Shown here one piece after another: positions 1 to 13,248 of a stretch of DNA of 64,000 nt; the stretch's first letter is position 1, and each line of letters opens with the position of its first letter. Where the stretch lies: assembly GCA_964016885.1 (NCBI GenBank), contig OZ024743.1:60574001-60638000 (forward strand). The letters run 5' to 3'. The stretch is from Eledone cirrhosa (lineage: Eukaryota). A model generated the notes under the pieces. The model was not told the origin of the DNA. It saw only the letters and a program-made list of their open reading frames with translations, and ran no database searches. A program made the translations under genes and the position numbers.

Positions 1-54
1 ACACCCTCGTAATGTGATTGCAGTTTTTACTATAAGTTATTATCGGTATTTTTA

Positions 55-61
55 TCAACCG

Positions 62-102
<41 letters not shown>

Positions 103-507
103 GTTCTCATCATCATCATCATTATTATCATCATCATTAATATTATCATCATGTTTATCTTTGCCATCATCGCCATCATCATCATCACCATCATCATCAT
201 TATCATCATCACCATCATCACCATCATCATCATCATCACCATCATCAACCATCATCAACCATCACCATCATCCTCATCGTCATCATGATGATGATGATGA
301 CGATGATGATGATGATCATCATCATCATCACCATCACCATCATCACCATCAACATCATCATCATCATCATCATCACCATCATCAACAATCATCATCACCA
401 TCATTATCATCAATCATCACCATCATCCTCATCGTCATTATCATCTTCATCATCATCATTAATATTATCATCATGTTTATCTTTACCATTATCGTTATTA
501 TTATTGC

Positions 508-541
<34 letters not shown>

Positions 542-600
542 GCCCTTATTATTAATATAATTATATTATTGTTTATTTGTTTTCTTCTTGTTTTTGTTTT
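55..600. repeat. Compound (ATT)n/(ATC)n/(GAT)n trinucleotide microsatellite
   Basis: Direct reading; explains the poly-H/S/I/D ORFs. Confidence 0.97.
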
Positions 601-907
601 TGTTTTGTTCACACTGCAGCACATCATATAAACAATAGAGATGTGCGCTGAAGCGTGATATATATTTTGTGCACCCACCACATCCTAAATATATATCTTG
701 CAATGGTTTTTGCATTTACAAATATCATATTGATTTGAAAGATTTACAGTTCACTCATGTTATTATTGATCTACAGGATGGGGAATATGGCCTCTGTTTG
801 ATTGCGCCGGCGTTTCATAGCGTCTTTTTCTGACAGACGGAAATATACATTGAACACAGCAATGATCTCAAGAAATATTGGTATCTGTCAATTCTTAATG
901 TCTTCCT

Positions 908-909
<2 letters not shown>

Positions 910-958
<49 letters not shown>

Positions 959-982
959 TCTCTCTCTCTGTCTGTCTCTCTG

Positions 983-1022
<40 letters not shown>

Positions 1023-1082
1023 GCTTTACCGCTCTACCTTATCTTCCTTTATATCTATTTTCTCTCTATTTCTATGATAATC

Positions 1083-1173
<91 letters not shown>

Positions 1174-1255
1174 GTATCTATCTATCTATCTACCGCTCTA
1201 CCTTATCTTCCTTTATATCTATTTTCTCTCTATTTCTATGATAATCACCCTCTCT

Positions 1256-1287
<32 letters not shown>

Positions 1288-1452
1288 CCACTCTATATCT
1301 TCCTATCTTTCCCATCCCTTTCTCTATATGCTTTATCTCTATTCTTCACCCCCACCTTTATCTACTTCTCTAATCCCCACCTAGCTCTATTTCCTCTATA
1401 TTTCGCTATCTATCTATCTCTATATCCCCCTTTCTATCTCACTCATCTCTCC

Positions 1453-1497
<45 letters not shown>

Positions 1498-1640
1498 TCT
1501 CACTCTCTCTCCCTCTCTCTCCCTCTCTTTATCTTCCCTCTATATTTATTTCTCTCTCTCTCTATCTCCCTCTCTATATTTATTTCCTTATCTATCTAAC
1601 TATTTCTCTAACTCCCTCTCTATCTATTTCTATCTTTCCG
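910..1640. repeat. (CT)n/(CTAT)n polypyrimidine tract with a ~60-bp internal duplication
   Basis: Runs of tctc/tcta; accgctctaccttatcttcc...ataatcaccctct occurs at ~1029 and ~1192. Confidence 0.95.
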
Positions 1641-2321
1641 CCTCTTATTACCATAATTTTCTTCTTCAGAGACCATCTATCTTCAACACAAGCTTTGCCT
1701 GACATTTTATAAGACAATAGTTCCTCGTTTAATAAAAGCGGTTTGCTATGTATTGGATATACAAGAGACAGAATTCTGTCTAACATAGTCTAACCTTTGA
1801 CATCATAACATCTTCCTCTCGGCTTCTCTGAAACATGGAGAACAACAATATTAAATAGGAAGAGAAGTAGCAGCGACAGCAACAACAGCAACATCAACAA
1901 ATGTCAGGGTTAGATTCAACTCTAAGCTACATAATGACCCCCTCTCCTAAACAAACCGGAAACCATAACAACGCGACTATTACTGCAGTATGCAGCAGAT
2001 CAAACACCAGTATGACTGACAGCCAGTAGTTTCACCATTACATTATTTATATTCCGTAAATACAATAACTGACAACAACATTCCGAACCAGCAAGAGATC
2101 GTCTATATATTAATTCGACCTGGTAAAAATAGGAGCTAAATCTCCTTCAAATCAGACCCTTCCATTAACAAAACAATCCAATATCATATTTGATATTGTA
2201 GACCTAGATACAGTATGTCTCGAAAAATTGACGTGAGGAACACGGTTGGAATGTCTTTGGTCACAGGTGTACTCAATAAAAGCAATACTACGTCACACAT
2301 CTCACAACACGTTTTAATAAT

Positions 2322-2533
2322 GATTTCTACTATAGGCACAATGTTAGGGGGGGGGGGGGGTCGATTAGATCGACCCAGTACGTTACTGGTGCTTTATTTT
2401 ATCAACCCCATAGGGACCCTATAAGGATGAAAGGCCAAGTTAACATCGGTGGGATTTGAACTCAGATCATAAAGGGCCGTAACTCTATGCATGACGCCTG
2501 ATCCTCTACCGATACTGCCATTCTACCGCCCTT
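2322..2533 (-). mobile_element. tRNA-derived SINE, family A, with 18-bp target-site duplication
   Basis: TSD acaacacgttttaataat at 2304-2321 and 2534-2551; B-box-like gagttcaaatcc on minus; family motif actggtgctttattttatc...gatgaaaggc. Confidence 0.88.
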
Positions 2534-3090
2534 ACAACACGTTTTAATAATCAAACTGTGGTGTGTATAAGCAGCAAGCTACACACTCTTTTCCTTATTA
2601 ATTATCATTTCTCTAATTATTAAAATGATTTAATTTTGTTTCATAGTTTCATTGACAGCTGGACGAATCTCATTGTCAGAGTACTTGAATAATGACATAA
2701 ATATTTTGGAATTATATAATAAATTGATTATTGTATTAACTGGCTTATTTGTATTTATTTATTTCTATTTTTTTTTTTGGGGGGGGGGTCTATTAGATTA
2801 TCTTTTTAAAACGATGGTACCACTGGGTGAGGCTATTGTCTCTCATATACACACATTCTATTTACTTATGTTAGCATCTTTATGGATTGCAATGCGATCC
2901 ATATATACAGATTAAAAATTAATCTAAGTTTACCAAAGCCACAATCACATCTCTCACGAAACCAACACAGGAGCGTCTACACATTCTCACAACGTGCTAG
3001 ATATAGCAGTCAATATCCCACCCAAAATATACATTATTGAAAAAAAAAAGGAGGGGCACACCTAAAACATACTATTAACACAAATATAAC

Positions 3091-3282
3091 TGTTTCTACT
3101 TTTCGGCACAAGGCCAGCAATTATCTCAATGTATTACTGGTACTTTATTTTATCGACCCCGTACTGATGAAAGGCAAAGTTAACCTCGGCGAGATTTGAA
3201 CTCAGTCAGTAAAGGGACGTAACTGTGCTGCAAAAGCATGGTGTCCGACTCTCTACCGATACTGCCAATCCACCGCCCTTTT
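3091..3282 (-). mobile_element. tRNA-derived SINE, family A, with 18-bp TSD
   Basis: TSD tattaacacaaatataac at 3073-3090 and 3283-3300; same body as 2322-2533. Confidence 0.88.
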
Positions 3283-3516
3283 TATTAACACAAATATAAC
3301 ATGCAACAGCAGCAACTAGACATAAAAAACATCATCATCTTTAAGGTTATCATAAACATCGGAGGCATATTATTGCTTTCATTTATCCCAAGTAAAATGT
3401 TATCTTAGAATATTCTAGTATATAAAAATCAGCAGTCTCGTTTGTTTTTTTGGTTTTACGGAACTTCATTGCACTAGCTTCACCATCTATCTAGCTCTCT
3501 CCCTCTCGTTATATAT

Positions 3517-3597
3517 ATTGGATCGTCCAGTATGAAATTTGTAGAAATTTGTTATTTTTTTCACAAATTCTACAAATTTCATATTTGACGACCCAAT
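3517..3597. repeat. ~80-bp palindromic element in a (TA)n tract; second copy at 40100-40177
   Basis: ttggatcgtccagtatgaaatttgtagaa...ttctacaaatttcatatttgacgacccaa arms are imperfect reverse complements. Confidence 0.8.
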
Positions 3598-3681
3598 ATA
3601 TGTGTGTGTATATATACATATATATATTGGGGTCGCGACTCTTTATAATATAACCGACTCTCTCTATCTCTCTCTCTCTGT

Positions 3682-3733
<52 letters not shown>

Positions 3734-3745
3734 GTATATATATAT

Positions 3746-4232
3746 ATTGTTATACTTTGGGAGGGTCATGTTGCCAATAAGAAACACACGCACCAGTTGT
3801 TTTCACTTCAATTTATTATATATTTATAAATTTATAAATTTACAAATCTACAAACTTATAAATTTCTGGTTGGTTGGTTGGTTCCACAACCAGATAGTTG
3901 TTTATATATAGTCATAGTCCTTTCGTCACACACTCTGTGACCTCTTCAGTGACTGGGGATTCCTTTCTTTGTTTCTGTGCCTTTCCTTTCTTCTGTCCTA
4001 CGCCATTTTGTTTCTGTGTGTGTGTTGTGTGCTCAGTTTGCGCATGCGCCACATCCGGGTGTCTGTGTGTGTTTGTGTTCATTTATCTATTTGTTTATTT
4101 ATTTACATGTTGTTGGTTGGTTGTTTGTTCTATGTGTGTGTGTGTTTTCATTTTGTCCTTAATTGTAAGTTGTGATGTTGCTGTTCCACTCATATTTTCT
4201 ATTTAATTTTGGTTGTAATTCTTTTATGCTTA
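3746..4232 (-). mobile_element. 5'-truncated Penelope-like element (last EN codons plus 3' UTR/pLTR)
   Basis: Near-identical reverse complement of ~60070-60545; encodes IKELQPK end of the GIY-YIG ORF; (TA)n on both sides. Confidence 0.88.
3910..3954 (-). ncRNA. Minimal type I hammerhead ribozyme in PLE 3' UTR
   Basis: Minus reads agtca-CTGAAGA-g-gtcac(agagtgt)gtgac-GAAA-gga-CTA|tgact: 5-bp stem I, 5-bp stem II, CUA cleavage triplet. Confidence 0.75.
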
Positions 4233-4301
4233 TATATATATATCTTGTTACCCGGAGATTTACCCATTTGCATTGTCGAGGCTTCCAAACGACTTAAAGA
4301 A

Positions 4302-4343
<42 letters not shown>

Positions 4344-4699
4344 CAATGAATAGTATTTTTACATACCACTGCGCAAATTATGAATTTTGAATGAATGTTA
4401 GCTTAAGGTAAGCTTCCTGAATGTACGCTGAATTTTATAATGAAAAATAATCGTATAAATCAGGCATAGAAGCCACTTAGAGACGGGAAGAGGGTAGCAT
4501 TACCTGCTTTATTCGAACTCACACCTACTGTACATATTTGATTTTTACATTTTGACTCTGACAGGTCTAGCTTCTGTTGGTGGAGGTTCCAAATGAGAAA
4601 CTAAGATAAATGTAACAGTTTATTATATAAAAGCTTAACTCTACATTTCGTATTAAAGTCTATATCGAATAATGTTTTACCGCTGAATAATATAATCTC

Positions 4700-4759
<60 letters not shown>

Positions 4760-5714
4760 GAAAATGCACACACATACAAGCATATTCATACATATATATA
4801 GAGAGAGAGCGAGGGGAGAGAGAGTGCAAGAGATTCTAAGCAAAGAAAAGATCTCGGTTATCGATGAGAAAAAGAACCAAAACTATGCTTTACTGAAGTG
4901 ACCCGATTGTTTACAGAAGTAGGTCCAATATTTTGAAAACAGGTCAATAAGTTGAACAGTATAGCATCTCCATATTGAGATATAATGTATTTAGCGTTAA
5001 AGTGAATGTCCATCATGAATGTAGTGTTTGGTAATGTTCTATAGTAATGTTTTAAAACAACAACTAGAAAGATTTTGTTATTGAATAACTCACATCAACA
5101 AAGCAGTAAGGCTGAAATTTCTATATTAATAGTTTAACGGACGTAGTGTGTGCTCACTGAAGTTTACTTGTTGCCAAAAGCAATTTAATACAGCAATGTC
5201 GAGAGAATAAGCAGCCATATCTTGTTGGGAATTTTCCATTGATATATTTATTATTTCGGTGAAGACATAGCTGTCTGTGTAAGAGAGATAGAAGGAGAGA
5301 ACGAGAGACAGAGAGAAAGAGAGACAGAGAGAAGGAGAGACAGAGAGAAAGAGATGTGAGTGTAGGAAAGAAAGAGACAGAAAAGAAGGAGAGATATGTC
5401 GAAAAGCATATCTGCAGCACCTCTTACTTGGAACGGATTCAAGTCGATCTCCTTTATAATATTCCTTTATCAAAATATATCATTGTTGTTGTTGTTTTGT
5501 TTTAGATGTTATGTGATCTGATAGTTAAGTTCTTGGTGAATCTGCAGTGTTTTTTCTTTTTTTCTTTTTTTTTTTTGTTGTTGTTGTCTTTTTATGTTTA
5601 TGCAGCAAACTAAGCGGCCCAACTTCCTTTAACTGATGAATTCTAGTTAGAATTGAGAAATAAGAAATGAGGTCAAACATAGTCTAGATCTGTCTACAGT
5701 TTGCTGGATACAGC

Positions 5715-6040
5715 ATAGTAAAGTTTGCTTTAGAAGAATTAGGTCTCGAGTTCGATCTCACTGCGTGGCATTTGGGTCACCTCTCATTAGTCAGAGCATC
5801 GGGTCGGCCTATACTTGTGAGTGAAACTGGATAGACGGAAGTTGTTTTGAAGCCTGTCGGATCGACAGTACGTGTAATTCACAAGGCCAGTCTTGTCACA
5901 CACTGTCTCGGTGAATCACCCTGAGAGTTATATTTAAAGCCCGTGTCTGTGGAATACTCAGCCACTCTATAGGTAGAACAATTGGAACACTCATAGTAGA
6001 AATCGACATAGGCTCGTTCTTGCACTTAGAAAAAATAGTA
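5715..6040 (+). mobile_element. SINE-like family C; other copies ~9135-9700 (two), 11010-11480, 25790-26065, and minus-strand pieces ~7530-7740, 24580-24670, 33545-33685, 52700-52910, 54330-54550, 61680-61920
   Basis: Recurring blocks gttcgatc-cactgcgtggca, gtgagtgaa-tagacggaa and ctgaatc-ctgaga-gtctgtggaatactcagccact. Confidence 0.7.
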
Positions 6041-6798
6041 AGGTAAATTATCGGTACTTTTCTCTTAACAGAATATTGTAGAACAGAAATATACACAGTA
6101 AAATAGAAATAATCGATAGCTAATAATTGCTTATTACTCGACTGGATGGGTACAGACGATGGGTTCGGCATGGCAATAATGTATAATAATATATTAATGT
6201 TACTTTTTGCATCGACCCCGGAAGCTGAAACGAATAATAAACAATGGTAGATTATTTTTGTTTTATTTAATAGTAATACAATGAAGCATCTACTGTAGCA
6301 TATCATGTTGGTCTTGTATTGTTCCCCCTATTTCTACTATTCCAATATTGTAAACAAAACCTTCGATATTTTTTGAGAGTGTTATTTATTTTATTATTGT
6401 TTTCTCTGTATCTCTGCCGCATTGTTCTATTGTTTCACACGCTTTAATGAGTAATAGTTGCAGGAATTAGAAGAAATGGTTTGTAAAATATATATAAATG
6501 ATAAGATATCTATCTATTTCATTGATTCCAAAGAAGTAGTAACAGTGCTTCGATAGTTACAACTTTGTGTCGCACACGTGAAGAAGTGTGAATTTGTATT
6601 CTTTCAATGGTATTAACAGTATACCTTGCAAAAGCTACACACATGTTTAACGGTTGTTTTATCCAGTAATGGAATATTTAAATGCAGCGGGTAAGAAAGT
6701 GTGATTATGTACACGAGAATCAGACAAATAAGCAAAGGTATATATAGAAATGAACTAAGTGGATATTCTATTTTGTAAAATGACTTTACTACATCACG

Positions 6799-7164
6799 TA
6801 CTCTTGGGTCCCAAATAATAGGGCAGTTGGGGTTGGAATAAGCTGGTTGATGGGTGGGTGGAATTAGCGGGTGGGTTGGAAAATCAGTAATTTTTCTAGG
6901 TCGTCTTCGTTGATTTTTTAAAAAACGTGAATCAGTTGTTTAGTTTACATATTGAGACACCCCAGACCAACCTATTTATTTTATAACCCATGGATTTCGA
7001 CTAATGTACTTTTTTGTGATGCATAATATTTTTCAATGTATAAAGAAAATTAATTGTCACAGAAATGCTTCCACTTAAAATAAAATTTCGCCGGAGATAG
7101 GTTAGCAAAATTTAATAGGCGGGAGATAAGTGGGGAGTGGGGGATTATTTGAGACCTGTAAATA
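6799..7164. mobile_element. MITE (non-autonomous DNA transposon, TA-flanked)
   Basis: Imperfect TIRs tactcttgggtcccaaataa / ttatttgagacctgtaaata; colinear second copy at 37059-37422. Confidence 0.7.
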
Positions 7165-7734
7165 CCCAAAGTTTTGTGAGTGAAACTGGGCACATAGAAA
7201 CTGGATAGATAGTACTCGTAGTTTGAAATCATAGCATTGTCACGCACTATGTCACGGTGATTCGGTTTAGTAGATATATTAATTAAACATCTTGATATGT
7301 AATATTCAGACGCATATTAATATATCGATTAGGGTGAGCTACTGATCGAACAACTGAATCGGAAATGTTTGAGAATCTATCAGTAGGTCGTAGAAGTGAA
7401 TTAATTTTACAATTAAAACGATATAGTCATGGTGGAGAGTAAGATAGGTTTCATATATGGCAGCTTTAGTAGTTTCGTATAATAAATATAATGTTAGCAT
7501 TGTTATTGAAAGGAGATCGAGGACAAATTTACATGTAACCCACCCAACACTTTGCAGTGTATTGTCGTGTTGTTTAATGACTATCGATTCCGACAACGAG
7601 AATTAAGCTTGTTCAAACAGCAGAAAAATCGAACAACATGTTCAATAAATTAAAGTGCAGTCTTAATGAAATTCTCAAAGAGATTCGCCAGTGTGCGACA
7701 AAATTGGCATTTCGCACCACAGACATATATTCAT

Positions 7735-7870
7735 TTTTGCCAGCTAAATGGACTGGAGCAACGTGAAATAAAGTTTCTTGCTCAAGAACTCAGTGCACCA
7801 CTAGAAATGGTACTCAGGCCCTTGTGATCCTGTGCCGAACACCCGAACCACTAAGTAACGCGCCTTCACA
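7735..7870 (-). mobile_element. tRNA-derived SINE family B; other copies ~8780-8870, 20473-20603, 21480-21817, 21960-22210, 52560-52682
   Basis: Shared actggagcaacgtgaaataaagtgtcttgctcaag...ggaatcgaa...accact..gccac.cgccttcac; A/B-box-like head on minus. Confidence 0.8.
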
Positions 7871-10800
7871 TACATCGCAGTATTCTTTCCGACGCCCTCC
7901 GCTCTGAGTTCAATTCGTTCGATGTCAAATTTTTCCTTCTTCCTATCAAATAAAGAACAATTTTAGAATAGTAGATTACTTAGGTTGGGCATCGAACGAG
8001 AAGTCTCGTGGTATTTGTGTGGGCATTTTGCGTTCTAATTTAGAATCCCGCTGTTGTGTACCCCTAAATAAGAGCTAACACCACCATATGGCCTTGGGTT
8101 TATATTGGTAGAATCCAATTGCAAGCATTTGGCCTAGCATTTCAGTTTGTGGATACTCTTTTCCACCCTCCCAACGGTCTCGGAGGATCTGAAATGTACA
8201 GAGACCTTCCTCCTTTAATTAATCAGTAGTAACAAAACTCACTACACACACTGCAGAAATAAAACTGAACATGAAGCAGCTTCATAAGGAAATAACATAA
8301 CAAATCAATAGAAAAGCAGAGAATTGGCAATAAATCAGAAAACAAGCAATAACACTCTCTACAAAGTAATTAGCAGCTTCAACGAAATATGAACCAACGA
8401 AGCATCCTCTCTATGGTTGTTTAATTGCTAGAAATAGTAGCCACGTATCCCTAAAAATCACACGCCATATTCTCAATGAAAAGAACACGGATAGTGTAGT
8501 CCTTGGTTTCCTGCATATGAGGAAAAGAGAAGAGAAATAAGACTCATGGCTAGAATGTTAATGATTATAAGGCTGCTCGATGAAGACTGGCCTGGGGATA
8601 GGTACCAGCAAGAATTATTAGAATATTGCCTTCGGTTCTGACGGTGAGTGTTCAATTGATTCGACCAAATGTTTAAACTGCCCATGGAATTAGCATTCCA
8701 CAAACAGGTGTAGCTTTAACGTTATCTCCAATGTGGGTGAGGCTGGCAATTTGAACCAATGGTATAGCTCTCTTTTTTTTCAGTTGAGTGAATTAAAATA
8801 ACGTTTCTTGCTTAAGAACACAACGTGTCAGCGGAAATCGAATTCGTGACAAACCTTGGTCCTTCACATTCATACATAAACTATGCTTACAATTAAAAAC
8901 GAATCACAGCTGGCAGGTCTTTGAACATAGAGCTGTATTGAGGCAAACAGCAATAACAATCACAGCAACATGCTGCACATAACAGTAAATGAGAATATGC
9001 AGTTATCATAATACTAATTGTTTCTAATTAAAGCACAAAGTCAGTAACTTCTTTTGAGGCGGGGCGGATTAGCCGATTACATCAACCCCTAAAAGTGCTT
9101 CCTTATTGCCGCCTACTGATAGTGAATGATGCAACATGGCTGTATGTTTAAGAAGTTCGCTTTGCAAGTATGTAGTTCTGGGCTCGTTACCACGTGGCAG
9201 ACAGGGCAAGTGTTTTTTAGTTTTTTTTTACCAGAGAGACATGTCGACTCAAACGTTGTGAATGGAATTGGGTGGATAGAAATTATTTGTAATTCAAAGA
9301 GCCTTCCTTGTTTTACTTAGTGTGACCCTGAATCTTCAAGCGTACACATTTCTGTGAAAGACACAACCATCTATGCATTAATTTAACAAATAGCCTGTAA
9401 TGGTTAAGACGTTTGTTTCACAATTATGAAGTTCTGGGTTCAATGCCACTGCCTGACATACAAGGCATGCGTCTTTTACGATAGCCTCGAATCGAATTAA
9501 TTCGTCTGAGAGAAATTACGTAGACGGAAACTATTTGTAATTCAAAGTGTCAGCGTTGTTTCAGACTGTGCCAAATCTCCAAGTGAATTATTCTAAGTGA
9601 TGCACATATCTTTGGAAAACTCAGCCATCTCTACGTTAATTTAACAAGTAGCCAATTCCGTTGATCGAACTACTGGAACTATCATCGTCGGTTTCAACGG
9701 AGCTCCATTTACTGGTGGCCCCATAATAGATTTAAATACTGGAACGTTGAGATCATTGTGACGGAAGTGGAATATGCTATATTCCATTGTGTACTATATT
9801 TCAACCACATCAGACGATGCAGCAGTTATGTAATATGGGTTCTTTTGGAATTCATCGCCATTTTGATATTGGCTTTTCAGTCTGTTTTTAATTATTTTCC
9901 TGCTATAATCACATGTTATTAATCAACTAACTCAAGTTCATTTATTATTTTATATTATTTTCTGTATTTTTACTTTTATTACTTCTGAAAACAGCAGCTA
10001 TTGAAGCTACCATAGCATCAATCACTTTCATAACTACTTACTGAGTTCTAATTGTATAGCCATTTTTATCAGCCTTTTTTCAATCAGATAAAAAGTAGTT
10101 GAAAGCTTCATTTCCGACGATGGTATAATTGTCTCAAACGGGAAACAGCTAGATTAAATGATTTACGCTGTTTCATGCCGTGCATCCAATTTCTAAGTTT
10201 AAATGCTACCAACGTTGAAAGCTCTACATCAAAGCATAGAAGATAGTTAAACCCCAAAATACTAAACTGAGTTTTACCATCGTCAAAATTTTATGATTTC
10301 AAAATGTTCTCTGCATTTTGTTATTAAAACTAATGTTATTAAAAGTGATATTGATTCTGTATGTTAGAAATATCAGTCAAATTTGCCTCGAATCAGATTC
10401 TACTCCATTTTCTTTTCTTAAAAATAAAATCAGGTCAGGTTAGCTAACGTAGTGGGAAATAATGTAGTGCGAGATACTCCTATTATCACAATTAGAACAT
10501 CATGTGTCTTATTATAGAACTTCTGGTGGATATGGGATGACCTGAGGTTACTAAAAATATAATTGGGTAACACAAAACACACACGCGCGTGCGCGCGCAT
10601 ACAGAACTAAATTCAAGTGTGAGTGCGCAGGCACACATGTGTATTTGACTATGCGCACATGTGTATTTGACTGTGTACGCACACATTTGTATGCCTATTC
10701 TATTCTTAAAACAACGTTGAAGTTAATACTTTTTGATAGAACATATAGGTTTGATTACCGAAATATCGCCGACAGTTAGTTATCCTAATTTCAGTTTAAG

Positions 10801-11776
10801 TGCAGGCAGAACAACACATACATTATCTCAATTAGACTGTTTATATATCCAAACATTAAGACTGTACATATACAAGCAGGTTGAACCGCACACATATTCC
10901 CTCAGCCCGACTGTTTATACATCCAAGCATTAGTCAGAATATATCACAATTAGTTTTTATAATACAAATAAAAGAAAAGTAAGTTTCTAATTGTTCATCT
11001 GTGAACGTAACCTGGTTCAATGTTTAAAGAATTCGCTTCGCAATCATTATGCCATGGGTTCAATCCCATTAAAAGGCATCTTAGTCAGGTATTTCGTACA
11101 ACATCCTTGGGTCGACCCATATACACAGTGAGTGAAACTTAACAGGCGGAAGCCCGTTGGATAGAATGTACGACTACAAGAGGGCTTTCAGTGAGTGACT
11201 GGAGCGCTATAAGTGCATTGAAGTTGGGGAATCCTACTTGGAGGAAGACGAGATTTTTGTGTCGGTCTGATAACAGTCTCAAAACCTTTTGAGTGTACCT
11301 ATAATTCAAATGTACACTCTTCCTACGCACAGTGTCACTCAGAGTCTCACTGAAAATTCCGTCAAGACAACACGACTCTATGCAATGTACAATCATTTAT
11401 GCGATAATTTTATCAAGATGATATTCCATTGATCGAAAAGCTTGATTACTCATCGTTGAAACCGACAGAGGTTCAGTCTATGATCAAAGATGCTCCAGTG
11501 ATGACCATTCTATCATGAACAATATATATAGACACAGCCTGTGTGATTTGATAAGGCACTGTGGTAGGATTCAATGGAGATTTGGCTGCTATATATAGCA
11601 TATCCTGCGGCAGAATAGCTGCCTCCCGTAGTTCTAAATGGTGGATGAAAGGGCCTTGACATGTAGGCACTGTATATGAAGTATTATTAAATACTGTAAG
11701 AATCATTCTAATACAGAATAAAGCATCAGAGCGAATAAGGGGGAGTAGAAGCGCTTATCTATCGTTTTGGGGCATA

Positions 11777-11920
<144 letters not shown>

Positions 11921-12071
11921 GGCATACATAAATACAGCAGACATGCAGACATAGGCGAATGTGCTATTGCGTATGTGAATATATATAAATACAGATCTCT
12001 CTCTGTCTATATATATATGTATATATATATACATAGACACATACGCATATATACATACCCATATAAATGAA

Positions 12072-12104
<33 letters not shown>

Positions 12105-12105
<1 letters not shown>

Positions 12106-12430
12106 GCTCTTTTTACAAAACGGTTTTTTCCATTTCAGGTAGATGCGCTCCATCATCCACTTTTCTAAAAAAATAAATCATACACAAAACGCCAGCACCA
12201 ACAATTTTGCAAAAAATGTCAACACGAATAGACTTGTTATTTTTATCTAAAGACATTTTTTCCAATTCCAACCCAACCTTCCCCTCAATGTATCTATTTC
12301 TCATTCTTTCTTCTGATGAAGGACTATCTTCCGGGACGTTAAGACACTCTTCCTGTTATATCAAGCGTTAAGCTAATATATCCCTTCCATATACTGTACC
12401 GATTGTGTTATTATTTCTGTTTACTTTTAC
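12105..12430 (+). mobile_element. (TA)n-inserted HHR-bearing element, family D; copies 58975-59190, 51540-51625, minus ~52010-52085 and ~56810-56945
   Basis: Shared gcaccaaca.ttttgcaa...tctaaagacatttttt...cttctgatgaagga...cttccatatactgtacc; ends in microsatellite. Confidence 0.8.
12310..12343 (+). ncRNA. Degenerate minimal hammerhead (GAAA mutated to GGGA)
   Basis: ctt-CTGATGA-a-gga(ctatct)tcc-GGGA-c-GTT|aag; intact GAAA in the sister copy at 59100. Confidence 0.6.
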
Positions 12431-12447
12431 ACACACACACACAGACA

Positions 12448-12515
<68 letters not shown>

Positions 12516-12516
<1 letters not shown>

Positions 12517-12858
12517 GAATATATGTATAGTGTATTTGGGAATATACGGTATGTTTAATTAAATAGATTTTGAAGACCTTGCGCTATTATTTTTAAAGTA
12601 GTGACTATGTCACTTACTTCTTTTTTCGGCAAAGGAAGGGAGAGAAGCTGACAGATTCTGTTTCACACGGTTGGTGATCCTCAGAGCAACGTATTCCCTG
12701 CCTCTGCCGAAAATTATAGAGGCTGGATTCTTATAGAATTCCATCAGCCTCTATAAACTTCGGCAGAGGCGGCGAGTATGTTGCTCCGAGGATCACCAAC
12801 AGTGTGAAACAGTATCTGTCAGCTTCTCTCCCTTTCTTTGCTATTTCAGAGCACCAAT

Positions 12859-12860
<2 letters not shown>
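12516..12860. mobile_element. Fold-back HHR element related to the 311-bp unit
   Basis: Arms 12629-12725 / 12746-12841; shares ttttgaagacct, cttatagaat and gctatttcagagca with the 311-bp unit; flanked by (TA)n. Confidence 0.82.
12646..12689 (-). ncRNA. Type I hammerhead ribozyme; mirror copy at 12781-12824 has a CCGAGGA core
   Basis: gct-CTGAGGA-t-cac(caacc)gtg-t-GAAAC-agaatct-GTC|agc; near-palindromic stem III acaga-a-tctgt. Confidence 0.78.
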
Positions 12861-12910
<50 letters not shown>

Positions 12911-12913
<3 letters not shown>

Positions 12914-12960
12914 GAAAGGTATAGAAAGTATTGTAGCAAGAAGCCAACAGTATTCCATAA
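12911..12960. repeat. 50-bp element end embedded in (TA)n; copy at 14151-14200
   Basis: atgaaag.tatagaaagtattgtagcaagaagccaacagtattccataa in two separate TA tracts. Confidence 0.8.
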
Positions 12961-12974
12961 TATATGTATATATA

Positions 12975-13191
12975 TTGGTAAAAGGAAAAGAAAATGCTGA
13001 CAAATTGTTCGCCCGTGAAAAATAGTTTAATCAGAAATAAGTAAAAATTAGTAATAAGTATTGGTTAGTATTCAGTTTTAATAATTTTTACTTATTCCTA
13101 ATTAAACTATTTTTCACTGGGAACAATTTGTCAGCATTTTCTTTTCCTTTTACCAAAATATCACAACTCGTGTGTTACACCTCTATTCTTT

Positions 13192-13194
<3 letters not shown>
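12975..13194. repeat. Fold-back element in (TA)n, ~80-bp arms plus unpaired tail
   Basis: ttggtaaaaggaaaagaaaatgctgacaaattgttc (12975) versus gaacaatttgtcagcattttcttttccttttaccaa (to 13156). Confidence 0.85.

Positions 13195-13248
<54 letters not shown>

Noticed and set aside
14-681. Long low-complexity ORFs here and the many YIYI/VCVC/poly-V/T/L ORFs elsewhere
   Set aside because: They are translations of microsatellites.
5630-5670. CTGATGA followed by an aattcta/tagaatt hairpin
   Set aside because: GAGA instead of GAAA and no stem I/III; likely chance.
8480-8650. Possible host exon ending at a cg|gtgagt donor
   Set aside because: In-frame stop before the donor and no recognisable protein similarity.
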